Shown: piece by piece, positions 28,409 through 35,237 of the stretch
Layout: every line of letters begins with the position of its first letter
Position numbering within the stretch: position 1 is the first letter of the stretch
Source of the DNA: a virus
Lineage: Duplodnaviria; Heunggongvirae; Uroviricota; Caudoviricetes
Virus record (IMG/VR): IMGVR_UViG_3300015615_001160
Span: 18,526 to 82,525 of that record
Length of the DNA: 64,000 bases
Direction: 5' to 3' (one strand)
The notes under the pieces: model-generated
Database searches by the model: none
Seen by the model: only the letters and a program-made list of their open reading frames with translations
Told to the model about the DNA's origin: nothing
Program-made: the position numbers and the translations under genes

Positions 28409-29218
28409 TCAATCGAGGAAGGCGACGTTCGCCATGGTGCGGGTGGTGTTCTCGGTGTTCATCCAGACTTGGTGCCAGCCATGCAGTGTGATGGTGGCGT
28501 GGTCCGGGTGCCGTATCGTGCCGCGCGCATAGACTTGCGCGTCACGTGTTCGGCGTTGCCAGCCCCAGTGGTTGGCTTCTGGCTGCTCCACGATGAGCTG
28601 CTTGTAGTGCTGGACTGTGATCCCATTCGGGAAACGCGCGCAGACATACACTTGCTCACCGCCAGTGCGGAACAGCTCTGCCACCCAGTGCGGCTTGCCA
28701 CCACCACCGCGGCTGATCGGCTCGTGACGATGCACGAGCTTCCCATCCACGTGCAGGCCTGGCACTGGCACGAAGAACCATTCACCCTGACGGATGAAGG
28801 CTCGGTTGTGACGCCGCACGCGTTGCCCGGGGTTCAAGCGAGCCTGATCCGCGGCTTCGCGAACCTTCGGCGGCAGCAGGGCGAGCTTCGCCTGCAATAC
28901 CGTCGAGGCACCGCCTGGCACCGCGGCCACGAACCATTCCCGCTCATCGTGACCACAGAGGAAGCGATCATTCGCTGCCGGTGTCTTGACGAGCAGAAGG
29001 AGGTGTCGGTCGTGTCGGTCGCACTGGAGCACATCCGCATCGAGGTGCGTTTCGCGCTGGGCGCTCAACTGCATCTCGAAAACCTGACCGCGTTTATCGG
29101 CGGCCAGGTCGATGGCATAGTCCGCACGTCGGCGGCTCCACGGTAGATTTTCTGGACGAACGATCCGGAACCGCGCGCCCATGTGGGCGAACTGGTTCGC
29201 GATCGATTTAGAGTTCAT
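28409..29218 (-). CDS. Hypothetical protein (about 270 aa) between rtcB and the nucleotidyltransferase gene
   Basis: Start chosen at MNSKSIANQF (29218). The longer ORF running to 29434 would overrun the tRNA-Lys-like gene and a hairpin. Confidence 0.5.
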   Translation of the reverse strand: MNSKSIANQFAHMGARFRIVRPENLPWSRRRADYAIDLAADKRGQVFEMQLSAQRETHLDADVLQCDRHDRHLLLLVKTPAANDRFLCGHDEREWFVAAVPGGASTVLQAKLALLPPKVREAADQARLNPGQRVRRHNRAFIRQGEWFFVPVPGLHVDGKLVHRHEPISRGGGGKPHWVAELFRTGGEQVYVCARFPNGITVQHYKQLIVEQPEANHWGWQRRTRDAQVYARGTIRHPDHATITLHGWHQVWMNTENTTRTMANVAFLD

Positions 29219-29230
29219 ATCTTGGAATTG

Positions 29231-29252
29231 GGTCGCGCGGCTTGGCGCGACC
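29231..29252. promoter_or_regulatory. Perfect 8-bp stem hairpin just upstream of the hypothetical gene start
   Basis: ggtcgcgc ggcttg gcgcgacc, followed on the plus strand by gattgcgttttctttcc. Confidence 0.3.
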
Positions 29253-29367
29253 GATTGCGTTTTCTTTCCGGGCCTTGCGAGCCCGAGACGACTTGATGCG
29301 GTAGTGGACAGACATTGGTTTTGATGGTGGTGGGTTGGTGAATTCGTGGCGTTGAAGACCACGATGT

Positions 29368-29439
29368 GAAAAAGTGAACCCGTAGGGACTTGCACCCTCC
29401 TCAGCCGCTTAAGAGGCGGCGGCTTCGCTCTCAAAGCTT
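29368..29439 (-). tRNA. tRNA-Lys(CTT)-like gene; non-canonical, no encoded CCA
   Basis: Minus-strand sense gaacccg aa gctt..aagc c gccgc ctcttaa gcggc .. gaggg tgcaagt cccta cgggttc a. Perfect 7-bp acceptor and 5-bp anticodon stem; loop cT-CTT-aa. T-loop is TGCAAGT (G55) and position 8 is A. A paralog with a TTT anticodon lies at 32518-32589. Confidence 0.55.
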
Positions 29440-29472
29440 CGGGTTCTTAAATTAAAGCAGTGGGGAGCGATG

Positions 29473-29513
29473 GCCCCGCCGGTGTTGCCCGATTGCAGTC
29501 ACCGGCGGGGCGT
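29473..29513 (-). terminator. Strong hairpin immediately after the nucleotidyltransferase stop codon (minus strand)
   Basis: 12-bp perfect GC-rich stem gccccgccggtg / caccggcggggc. It begins 8 nt past the TGA at 29521-29523. Confidence 0.5.
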
Positions 29514-29520
29514 CCTCCTC

Positions 29521-30297
29521 TCAAGCGGAGAGCGCGTAACGGCGGAAGAAGCTATTCAGCTCCTCGACGCTGCCTGCGGCGTCGTCGCGCTCGTTGAGCG
29601 CTTCGAGTCTTGGCAGTTCGGCCTCGATGAAGCGCGAGAGCACTTCGACCGGCGGCGCGACCGCCAGTTCGTCGCCGGCCTGTTTGCGCGCGATGAGTTC
29701 ATCGAGCGCGGCGCGCACGTCGGATTCTTCGAGTACACTCTCGACGAGTTGTGCGAAGAGCATGGGCACCTGGCCGAGTTGGCGCTCGATCCAGCGGCAC
29801 GCTAGCAGCGGTCGGAAGACGTAGAGATACTTCTTCAGGCTCACCATCTCGCGCCCGCGGAGGTAGTCGCGCCAGTTGCCGAAGGCCATGTGCAGGTAGT
29901 GGGCGAAGCAGCGCCGCTGCGAATAGAATTCCTCCGCGAGCGCGCCAAACTCGGCACTGAAGACCGGCTCGTGGCGATACACGATCGGTGACTTCAGCCA
30001 CTCGAGCAGCGGCGGGTTGCTCTTGCGGAGCAGGCGCAACGCCTTGCGCAGCTCCCAACCGCTGACGTCGAGATCGTCGGCGAGTGGGCGCTCGATCACG
30101 TCGCGCCGATCCTCGACCGAGAGATACCAGTCGCGCCGATGCACGTAGAGAAAGCGCACGTCGTAGTCGCTGTCGCGCGAGGCAAAGCCCCACGCACGGC
30201 TGCCGCTCTCGCACGCGAAGAGCACGCGGACGTTTCGCTCGGCCTCGACCTGAGCGAGCGCGTCGCGGACGCGCTGGAAAACTTCGTTCCCATTCAT
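29521..30297 (-). CDS. Predicted nucleotidyltransferase (Pol-beta/MNT superfamily) in the RtcB neighbourhood
   Basis: 258 aa. GS...D.D motif in VLFACESGSRAWGFASRDSDYDVRFLYV. A helical C-terminal domain follows. Confidence 0.65.
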   Translation of the reverse strand: MNGNEVFQRVRDALAQVEAERNVRVLFACESGSRAWGFASRDSDYDVRFLYVHRRDWYLSVEDRRDVIERPLADDLDVSGWELRKALRLLRKSNPPLLEWLKSPIVYRHEPVFSAEFGALAEEFYSQRRCFAHYLHMAFGNWRDYLRGREMVSLKKYLYVFRPLLACRWIERQLGQVPMLFAQLVESVLEESDVRAALDELIARKQAGDELAVAPPVEVLSRFIEAELPRLEALNERDDAAGSVEELNSFFRRYALSA

Positions 30298-30372
30298 GGG
30301 AACCTCCTTTCTGTTTGAGATGTGATTGGCGACGGGCGTCGCCGATGTTGTTGATCGCCTTGGCGTGCCTGC

Positions 30373-30900
30373 TTAGATGGGGAGCCGCACTTTTGCGTAG
30401 AGCAGGCCGTCGATGAATTCATCATCGCGGAAGTAGTATGCGCGCAATCGGCCTTCGTGCGTGTAGCCGGCCTTCTCCAGCACCCGAGCGGAAGCCGGGT
30501 TGCGTGCGAAGACATGGGCGTGCAACCGCACGAGGTTTAGCTCTCGGAAGGCCCATTCCGTCATCGCGTCGAGCGCTTCCGTGGCGATCCCGCGGCCCCA
30601 GAGTGTCTCGCCGAGCCAGTAGCCGATTTCCGCGGTATGCTGGCGCGCGGTTACACCGCTGGGGTTCACTTCGACGCCGATGCCACCGACGATCTGGTCG
30701 TCGATGGCGATGCCGAAGTTGGTTTCCGGATCCTGTTTAGTGGCAAAGTCGATCCACCATTCCGCATTCTGCAGCGAATAGGGATGGGGGATGTGTAACA
30801 TATTGCGCGCAACGCTGTAGCTGCCGATGTGCGTGGAAATCGACTCGGCGTCGCCGGGACGAAAGGAACGAATGGTGGATTTGGAGAGGGTGAGTTGCAT
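30373..30900 (-). CDS. GNAT family N-acetyltransferase (RimJ/RimL-like)
   Basis: 175 aa. IGYWLGETLWGRGIATEALDAMTEWAF ... ARNPASARVLEKAGYTHEGRLR matches Acetyltransf_3-type. Confidence 0.75.
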   Translation of the reverse strand: MQLTLSKSTIRSFRPGDAESISTHIGSYSVARNMLHIPHPYSLQNAEWWIDFATKQDPETNFGIAIDDQIVGGIGVEVNPSGVTARQHTAEIGYWLGETLWGRGIATEALDAMTEWAFRELNLVRLHAHVFARNPASARVLEKAGYTHEGRLRAYYFRDDEFIDGLLYAKVRLPI

Positions 30901-30930
30901 GGGGTGGATGGTGAAAGTTTCAGCCCGAAA

Positions 30931-30958
30931 CCCCGGTGGAGACAGAGATCCACCGGGG
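30931..30958. repeat. Palindromic (REP-like) element, copy 1
   Basis: ccccggtgga gacagaga tccaccgggg: a 10-bp perfect stem. It is near-identical in design to copy 2 at 31394. Confidence 0.5.
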
Positions 30959-31393
30959 TTGCGAGGTTACCGGATTGCAGCGCGAACCCGGTGTGCAAGT
31001 TCGGTCGGGCATGAAGTTCGGCGCCGGTGGAAGGGGTGATTTTTGGATTAGTACGATGGTTCGCGTGTTGATGGACGGATCATCAGCGTATCTCTCAGCA
31101 GGGCTCCGGGTCCGGCTCGCTCGCTCAGCAGAATCCGAAGCGGCACGCCCGCCAGCGATGTGCTGTGGGGCAACCGGTCGAACGGAGTTCCTTTGCGAGT
31201 ATGTCTCGCGATAGGCTGAGATCTCAGTCGAACAGCTCCGAGGAGGAAAACCCCGATGAGGATGACGCCATGACCCAGAATGGCTGGGTCGGGCATGGTG
31301 GGTGGGTGGGTTGGAAAATGAGCAAGCCCGCCCGATTGATCTCGGAAGGGATCGAGCGCGGAGAGCCGTGTGGGCGTTCGCGCGGAGGATCAC

Positions 31394-31458
31394 CCCGGCG
31401 GAGCGAGTTCTCCGCCGGGGCTTGTTCCTCCCTCGCAATTTTTTGTTTCACGTTTCGT
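31394..31458 (+). terminator. Palindromic element copy 2 plus a T-tract; a plus-strand rho-independent terminator-like structure
   Basis: ccccggcgga gcgagttc tccgccgggg followed by cttgttcctccctcgcaattttttgtttc. Confidence 0.4.
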
Positions 31459-32245
31459 CCGTCTCCGTTGCGGTTGGCTTGACGCCGCGCGTGTGGAGAG
31501 CGGGGAGCAGGGTCGACAGGTCGTTCATCACGAACGTCTGGCCTGCGGTGGACGCTTCGAGCGTTTGCAGGAAGCGGAGGGTGGCGAGTGCGGGCTGGCC
31601 TTCGATGAGGCGCGCGGCATTGGCGAGGTTGCGCAGCGCGGCGGATTCGGCGCGGGCGCGTTCGAGCGCGGCCTGGCCTTCCTGCTTCGCCTTGAGCACT
31701 TCGCTGAAGGCCTTGCGCAGTTCGCCCGGCAGCATCACATCGCGCACGTCGGCCGCGTGGACTTGCACGCCGACAGCTTCCGCTTGTGGCGCGATGAGTT
31801 CGCGGAGTTGCGCGCCGATGGCGACACGCTGCGTGAGCAGGGCTTCCATCGGCACTCCGGCAACGACGGTGCGAACGGCGGCCTGCGTGGCGTTGTAAAT
31901 GTGGGCCGCGTAGTTGTCCGCAGCCTGCACGCTCTTCGCCGCATCCACGATCTGCGTGGTGAGCACGACGCTGAGCTTCACGCCGACGTTGTCGGCGCTG
32001 AGCACTTCCTGGCCCGCGACCTGGAGGAGCGTCTTGCGGATGTCCACGGCGACGAGGCGGTAGTTGCGGCCCCAGCGGATGTGACGGCCCGCTGGCAGCG
32101 TGCTCACGAGCTGGCCTTCGTGGAAGAGCAGGCCCGCGTAGCCTTCGGTGACGATGAACTCGTGGTGGTAGCGAGTGCACGCAATATTAGTCACGAGCAA
32201 ACCGGCGCCAAGGAGAGCGACGATGAGAATATCTTGGGTGGTCAT
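31448..32245 (-). CDS. Band-7 / SPFH (stomatin-prohibitin) domain membrane protein
   Basis: 265 aa with an N-terminal TM segment (ILIVALLGAGLLVTNIA) followed by an SPFH domain. Band-7 proteins are recurrent partners of RtcB-type RNA repair operons. Confidence 0.8.
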   Translation of the reverse strand: MTTQDILIVALLGAGLLVTNIACTRYHHEFIVTEGYAGLLFHEGQLVSTLPAGRHIRWGRNYRLVAVDIRKTLLQVAGQEVLSADNVGVKLSVVLTTQIVDAAKSVQAADNYAAHIYNATQAAVRTVVAGVPMEALLTQRVAIGAQLRELIAPQAEAVGVQVHAADVRDVMLPGELRKAFSEVLKAKQEGQAALERARAESAALRNLANAARLIEGQPALATLRFLQTLEASTAGQTFVMNDLSTLLPALHTRGVKPTATETDET

Positions 32246-32278
32246 AGTGTGTGTTGGTTGGTGGTGGAAAGATTGCGA

Positions 32279-32292
32279 TCCGTGGCGGTGGC
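32279..32292. promoter_or_regulatory. Perfect 14-bp palindrome gcggtggccaccgc upstream of the band-7 start; a candidate operator
   Basis: Seen directly. It lies about 35-47 nt upstream of the minus-strand start at 32245. Confidence 0.3.
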
Positions 32293-32391
32293 CACCGCTT
32301 GTTCGCGGGCAGCGTGGCGTGAGCCGGCTGCGCAGGACGAAGTCGCGACTGCCTCTCGAGCAAGCTCGGGGCGGGTCACCGTCACGGATCG

Positions 32392-32420
32392 GTGGATGGA
32401 TGGGATTCGAACCCAGTCGG
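32392..32420 (-). other. tRNA 3'-end-like fragment with a canonical T-arm (GGGTTCGAATCCC) and no matching 5' acceptor strand
   Basis: Minus sense ...gactgggttcgaatcccatccatcca. No complementary acceptor strand was found within 120 nt. It may be an att-type remnant or a decayed unit. Confidence 0.3.
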
Positions 32421-32517
32421 CGGTGAGCCGATGACCAGCCGCCGGATGGTCGATGTGCAGGACCAGTCGCGGCGATGCCGCCTGGCTGCGGGTGTATTTT
32501 TCCGGCGGAAGAGGAAA

Positions 32518-32589
32518 TGAACCCGTAGGGACTTGCACCCTCCTCAGCCGCTTAAAAGGCGGCGGCTTCGCTCTCAAAGCTTCGGGTTC
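32518..32589 (-). tRNA. tRNA-Lys(TTT)-like; paralog of the 29368 unit
   Basis: Identical to the 29368 unit except the anticodon loop is cT-TTT-aa. Confidence 0.55.
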
Positions 32590-32594
32590 GGAAA

Positions 32595-32672
32595 TGGATA
32601 GTCGCGGCAGGATTTGCACCCGCACTGGCTGCGTTCTCGACGCAGTGCCTCTTCTCGTTGGGCTACGCGACC
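32595..32672 (-). tRNA. tRNA-like, Leu anticodon GAG, class-I architecture
   Basis: Acceptor ggtcgcg/cgcgact; anticodon stem ctgcg/cgcag with loop tcGAGaa (C33); T-arm gcggg TGCAAAT cctgc. Confidence 0.45.
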
Positions 32673-32753
32673 GTCGGTGATTTTGGAAATAGTCCTCCGG
32701 CATTGGGTGGCCGAAGGCCTGGAGCAAGTCTCGCGAAGCGAGACGCGTGGAAA

Positions 32754-32828
32754 GGCTCCCGTGGTGGGACTCGCACCCACTAGGACTCGTGTGAAAGACG
32801 AGACGCTCGGCTCTTTGCATTCACGGGC
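32754..32828 (-). tRNA. tRNA-Glu(TTC)-like
   Basis: Anticodon stem ctcgt/acgag with loop cT-TTC-ac; T-arm gtggg TGCGAGT cccac. Confidence 0.45.
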
Positions 32829-32840
32829 ATTTGCTGAAAG

Positions 32841-32931
32841 TGGCGGAACGCGGAGGGCATGCTCCCCAACCCGCAACGCGGATCGATCTCCTTAGCACGG
32901 AGTCCCGGCACGCTCGTCCGGTTCACGTTCC
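32841..32931 (-). tRNA. tRNA-Ser(GCT)-like, class II with a long variable arm
   Basis: Acceptor ggaacgt/gcgttcc + G + CCA; anticodon loop gT-GCT-aa; variable arm ccgc gtt gcgg; T-loop AGCATGC. Confidence 0.5.
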
Positions 32932-32937
32932 ACATCG

Positions 32938-33011
32938 TGCCCGCGGCGAGATTTGCACTCGCACTGTCCGAGGTTTGAGCTCGGTGGCTCTGCTCGTTGG
33001 CCTACGCGGGC
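32938..33011 (-). tRNA. tRNA-like, Leu anticodon CAA, class I
   Basis: Acceptor gcccgcg/cgcgggc perfect; anticodon stem ccgag/ctcgg with loop cT-CAA-ac; T-arm gcgag TGCAAAT ctcgc. Confidence 0.5.
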
Positions 33012-33022
33012 GTGGAAAAAAA

Positions 33023-33094
33023 TGCTCCCGGTCGGAGTCGCACCGACACTGCGCGGGGTTTAAGTCCGCTGCCTCTGCGTTGGGCTACGGGAGC
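33023..33094 (-). tRNA. tRNA-like, Leu anticodon TAA, class I
   Basis: Acceptor gctcccg/cgggagc perfect; loop cT-TAA-ac; T-arm gtcgg TGCGACT ccgac. Confidence 0.45.
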
Positions 33095-33103
33095 TTTGAA
33101 AAA

Positions 33104-33990
33104 TGGGACTGCGGGTTGAGACTAAACCCACAGGCATCATCTCCTTCGCGCGGATTATTCGAGGCTTGCGGCCTCTATTCCCGGCTTGTCCTCGGCGACT
33201 GACCCGAAAGTCACATCGACGAGCGATGACACGATTGCCTTTGTTAACGAGGTGGCATTTCCCCGTAGATGGTCAGCTACTCTACCTCCGTCCTACCGCC
33301 AGCCTTGCGGGCTGTGAGAGGCGCGACCCTCGACGTGCGGACTCGGGTAAACTTCGCGGGCCTTGCGGGCCGTGGAAGTCTCCATTGCCTTGCGGCTGAA
33401 GAATTAAATCGTTTTCGCTGACGACCGGCGGCGTCTTTGCATTTTTTTGGCGATGCAGGATTTCTCCTGCGACCTCCGGCTTTCGAAGCCGACGCTCTGT
33501 TCTGAGCTAATCGATAACCCACCACGATGTGCGCCGCCTGTCGTGCCGAATCCTTTTGGGACTCGATATGCGACACACCGTGTGACTTTCCCTTGCGGGT
33601 ACTCATCGTGTCCTGGCGATCGCGTCCGCCTCCTTGCCTTTTGGGCTCGGCAGCGTCCGCTTCCGCGCGACATGCAGCAGGCGCCTCGTTTGCGGCTTGG
33701 CGTCTACTGCTCCCCTTGTTCCCTCAACACTGGACGTTTTGCTGGAAAGGCACGCCTTGCGAAGGGGCGTTCCTGCTCCTACGGAGTTACCCTCGGAACA
33801 GTTTCCCTTTCCCGTCGTCATGTATACCTCGGCCGCATTTGACTGCGACAAGGCTATGGGACCTGGGTTTGCTTGAATGTCCTCGAGTGAACGAGGCGCG
33901 GGCGTGTGGGCCGTTTCCGCTTTTGGCCGTCTCGCGACGGTTTATCTTTCATCCCTTGCGGGACCTGGAGATCAAGCTCCCCAGTTTTTA
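33104..33990 (-). ncRNA. About 880-bp non-coding segment inside the array with a recurring CCTTGCGGG motif; candidate large structured RNA and/or decayed tRNA units
   Basis: No convincing ORF and no regular spacers. CCTTGCGG(G) occurs at 33304, 33361, 33385, 33590, 33764 and 33953. At least one tRNA-like unit (33448-33516) is embedded. Confidence 0.3.
33448..33516 (-). tRNA. tRNA-like unit with a good D-arm (gctc/gagc) and a T-loop-like anticodon loop ttCGAaa
   Basis: The acceptor is imperfect and the assignment is uncertain. Confidence 0.25.
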
Positions 33991-34018
33991 AATAGTGAAA
34001 TGGGTGATAGTAAGAAAG

Positions 34019-34095
34019 TGGTCCCGGCGGCAGGAGTTGCACCCGCACTGGCTCCGGTCTGAGCGGAGTGTCTCTGCTTGTTGGACTACGCCGGG
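34019..34095 (-). tRNA. tRNA-like, Leu anticodon CAG, class I
   Basis: Acceptor cccggcg/cgccggg perfect + A + CCA; anticodon stem ctccg/cggag with loop cT-CAG-ac; T-arm gcggg TGCAACT cctgc. Confidence 0.5.
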
Positions 34096-34104
34096 AAAAA
34101 GGAG

Positions 34105-34180
34105 TGGTGCTCTCGGCAGGAGTTTCGCCCGCAACCTCCGCGTTCGAAGCGCGGCACTCTAGACATTGAGCTACGAGAGC
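34105..34180 (-). tRNA. tRNA-Arg(TCG)-like
   Basis: Acceptor gctctcg/cgagagc; D-stem gctc/gagt; anticodon stem ccgcg/cgcgg with loop cT-TCG-aa; CCA encoded. Confidence 0.5.
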
Positions 34181-34191
34181 ATGGATGGAAA

Positions 34192-34268
34192 TGGCTGCCC
34201 CGGATGGATTCGCGCCATCAACCTCCCGGTTCAGAGCCGGGCGCTCTCGCTGTTTGAGCTACAGGGCA
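34192..34268 (-). tRNA. tRNA-Gln(CTG)-like
   Basis: D-stem gctc/gagc; anticodon stem cccgg/ccggg with loop cT-CTG-aa; T-arm gatgg CGCGAAT ccatc; disc G + CCA. Confidence 0.55.
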
Positions 34269-34273
34269 ACATG

Positions 34274-34345
34274 ATCCGCCAACCGGAGTTGCACCGGTCT
34301 CTCGCCGATACCAGCGGCGTGCGTCGCTCACAACGCTTTGGCGGA
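34274..34345 (-). tRNA. tRNA-Thr(GGT)-like
   Basis: Acceptor tccgcca/tggcgga perfect; D-stem gcgt/acgc; anticodon stem cgccg/cggcg with loop cT-GGT-at; T-arm accgg TGCAACT ccggt. Confidence 0.5.
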
Positions 34346-34355
34346 GTTTGAAATG

Positions 34356-34429
34356 ATCAGGCACCTCGGTGCTGCCCCGAGTATCTCGCCGATCCGAACG
34401 GCGCGGATTGCTGTCTTCCTCGTGCCTGA
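34356..34429 (-). tRNA. tRNA-Pro(CGG)-like
   Basis: Acceptor tcaggca/tgcctga perfect; anticodon stem cgccg/cggcg with loop tT-CGG-at; T-arm ctcgg GGCAGCA ccgag. Confidence 0.5.
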
Positions 34430-34431
34430 AT

Positions 34432-34572
34432 GAAATAACTGGAGCCACGGGGAATGCTCGCGCGGCAGCGCTTCGACACGAGTCGTGGAGCGCTGGCTGC
34501 ATAGCGGCAGGAGCCGCAATCGCACCCCGATCTGCGCAATGCCAATGCGTCGTCTGGCTATTGGACTATGGC
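34432..34572 (-). ncRNA. About 140-nt structured repeat. It has a nested-hairpin 5' half and a tRNA-like 3' half (possible Ala GGC loop). It is a paralog of the element at 35940-36080
   Basis: The ggagcgctggctgcat and caatcgcacc blocks are shared with the 35940 copy. There is a nested hairpin cagcgct...cgac acga gtcg...agcgctg. Confidence 0.3.
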
Positions 34573-34579
34573 CCCGACA

Positions 34580-34655
34580 TGGACGCGCGCCCCGGACTCG
34601 CACCGGGTAATTCGGTTTTGCAGACCGATGGTTCGACGGCTTTGCCTTGCGCGCG
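34580..34655 (-). tRNA. tRNA-Cys(GCA)-like
   Basis: Acceptor cgcgcgc/gcgcgcg; anticodon stem tcggt/accga with loop cT-GCA-aa; T-arm cccgg TGCGAGT ccggg; T + CCA. Confidence 0.5.
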
Positions 34656-34667
34656 TTTTTTTGTGAT

Positions 34668-34743
34668 GGGGGTGACCGTCGGGATTCGCACCCGAATCTT
34701 CTGGTTCACGGCCAGAAACTCTGACTCTTGAGCTACGGCCACA
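34668..34743 (-). tRNA. tRNA-His(GTG)-like
   Basis: Acceptor gtggccg/cggtcac (one G.U); anticodon stem tctgg/ccaga with loop cc-GTG-aa (C33); T-arm tcggg TGCGAAT cccga. Confidence 0.4.
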
Positions 34744-34766
34744 GCTTCTTCCTGTGTTGTGGAAAG

Positions 34767-34843
34767 TGGATCCTCCGGCCGGCGCTGCCCCGGCATGGTC
34801 TTCTTTACGAGAGAAGTGCATTGCTGGCCTCTGCCACGGAGGA
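34767..34843 (-). tRNA. tRNA-Thr(CGT)-like
   Basis: Acceptor tcctccg/cggagga perfect; anticodon stem cttct/agaag with loop cT-CGT-aa; T-arm gccgg GGCAGCG ccggc; T + CCA. Confidence 0.5.
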
Positions 34844-34853
34844 ACGGGATGAA

Positions 34854-34930
34854 TGGTGCTCCCGCGAGGACTTGCACCTCGAGCTTCCGCCTTCGCAGGG
34901 CAGCGTGCAGGACTCTTACACTTCGGGAGC
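34854..34930 (-). tRNA. tRNA-Arg(GCG)-like
   Basis: Acceptor gctcccg/cgggagc; anticodon stem ctgcc/ggcgg with loop cT-GCG-aa; T-arm cgagg TGCAAGT cctcg; A + CCA. Confidence 0.5.
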
Positions 34931-34939
34931 TAATGAAAA

Positions 34940-35014
34940 TGGTGCGCCATGCCGGTGCCGCCCCGGCGCTGTGTCTTTGGAAGAGACGCGTGCTCGCTGT
35001 TACACCAATGACGC
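34940..35014 (-). tRNA. tRNA-Gly(TCC)-like
   Basis: Acceptor gcgtcat/atggcgc; anticodon stem cgtct/agaca with loop cT-TCC-aa; T-arm gccgg GGCGGCA ccggc; A + CCA. Confidence 0.5.
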
Positions 35015-35024
35015 TTTGGAAAAA

Positions 35025-35099
35025 TGGTGGCTGCTTCCGGTATCGCGCCGGACTCCCCTCGGCTTCAGCGAGGTGCTAATCTATCTCAGCTACACAGCC
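35025..35099 (-). tRNA. tRNA-Phe(GAA)-like
   Basis: D-stem gctg/tagc; anticodon stem cctcg/cgagg with loop cT-GAA-gc; T-arm tccgg CGCGATA ccgga; A + CCA. Confidence 0.5.
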
Positions 35100-35153
35100 G
35101 TTCGACAGGCTCACGGCCTGCGGCCCTTCGACGAAGTTTCGTCTTTGGGCAAA
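35100..35153. other. Short non-tRNA spacer with two small hairpins (ggcc tgc ggcc; gacga agtt tcgtc followed by tttggg)
   Basis: It does not fold as a cloverleaf. It may be an intra-array processing or terminator-like element. Confidence 0.3.
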
Positions 35154-35154
35154 G

Positions 35155-35228
35155 TGGTCCCTCCGCGCGGTATCGCGCCGCGGTCTCTCGCTTATCGGGC
35201 GAGGGCTCTGCTTTTGAGCTACGGAGGG
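35155..35228 (-). tRNA. tRNA-Ile(GAT)-like
   Basis: Acceptor ccctccg/cggaggg perfect; D-arm gctc aaaagca gagc; anticodon stem ctcgc/gcgag with loop cc-GAT-aa (C33); T-arm cgcgg CGCGATA ccgcg; A + CCA. Confidence 0.5.
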
Positions 35229-35237
35229 TTTTGGAAA

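Noticed and set aside
28409-29434. Full-length 341-aa version of the hypothetical ORF
   Set aside because: Its N-terminal 72 codons run through the tRNA-Lys(CTT)-like gene and a perfect 8-bp hairpin. The internal Met at 29218 gives a cleaner gene.
30920-31482. Small ORFs in the 550-bp gap (172 aa minus; 92 and 105 aa plus)
   Set aside because: They have Arg/Ser-rich junk-like composition and are interrupted by the palindromic elements. The gap is more likely non-coding, a leader or a small RNA.
31370-32434. 354-aa plus-strand ORF opposite the band-7 gene, and ORFs 26172-26774 (+) and 26887-27666 (-)
   Set aside because: They are antisense to genes with clear family signatures (Band-7, HNH, RtcB) and have biased composition.
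32392-32510. tmRNA or tRNA-Sec at the left edge of the array
   Set aside because: A canonical T-arm and an ACCA-like tail are present, but no complementary 5' acceptor strand, tag-reading-frame or TCA anticodon could be found.
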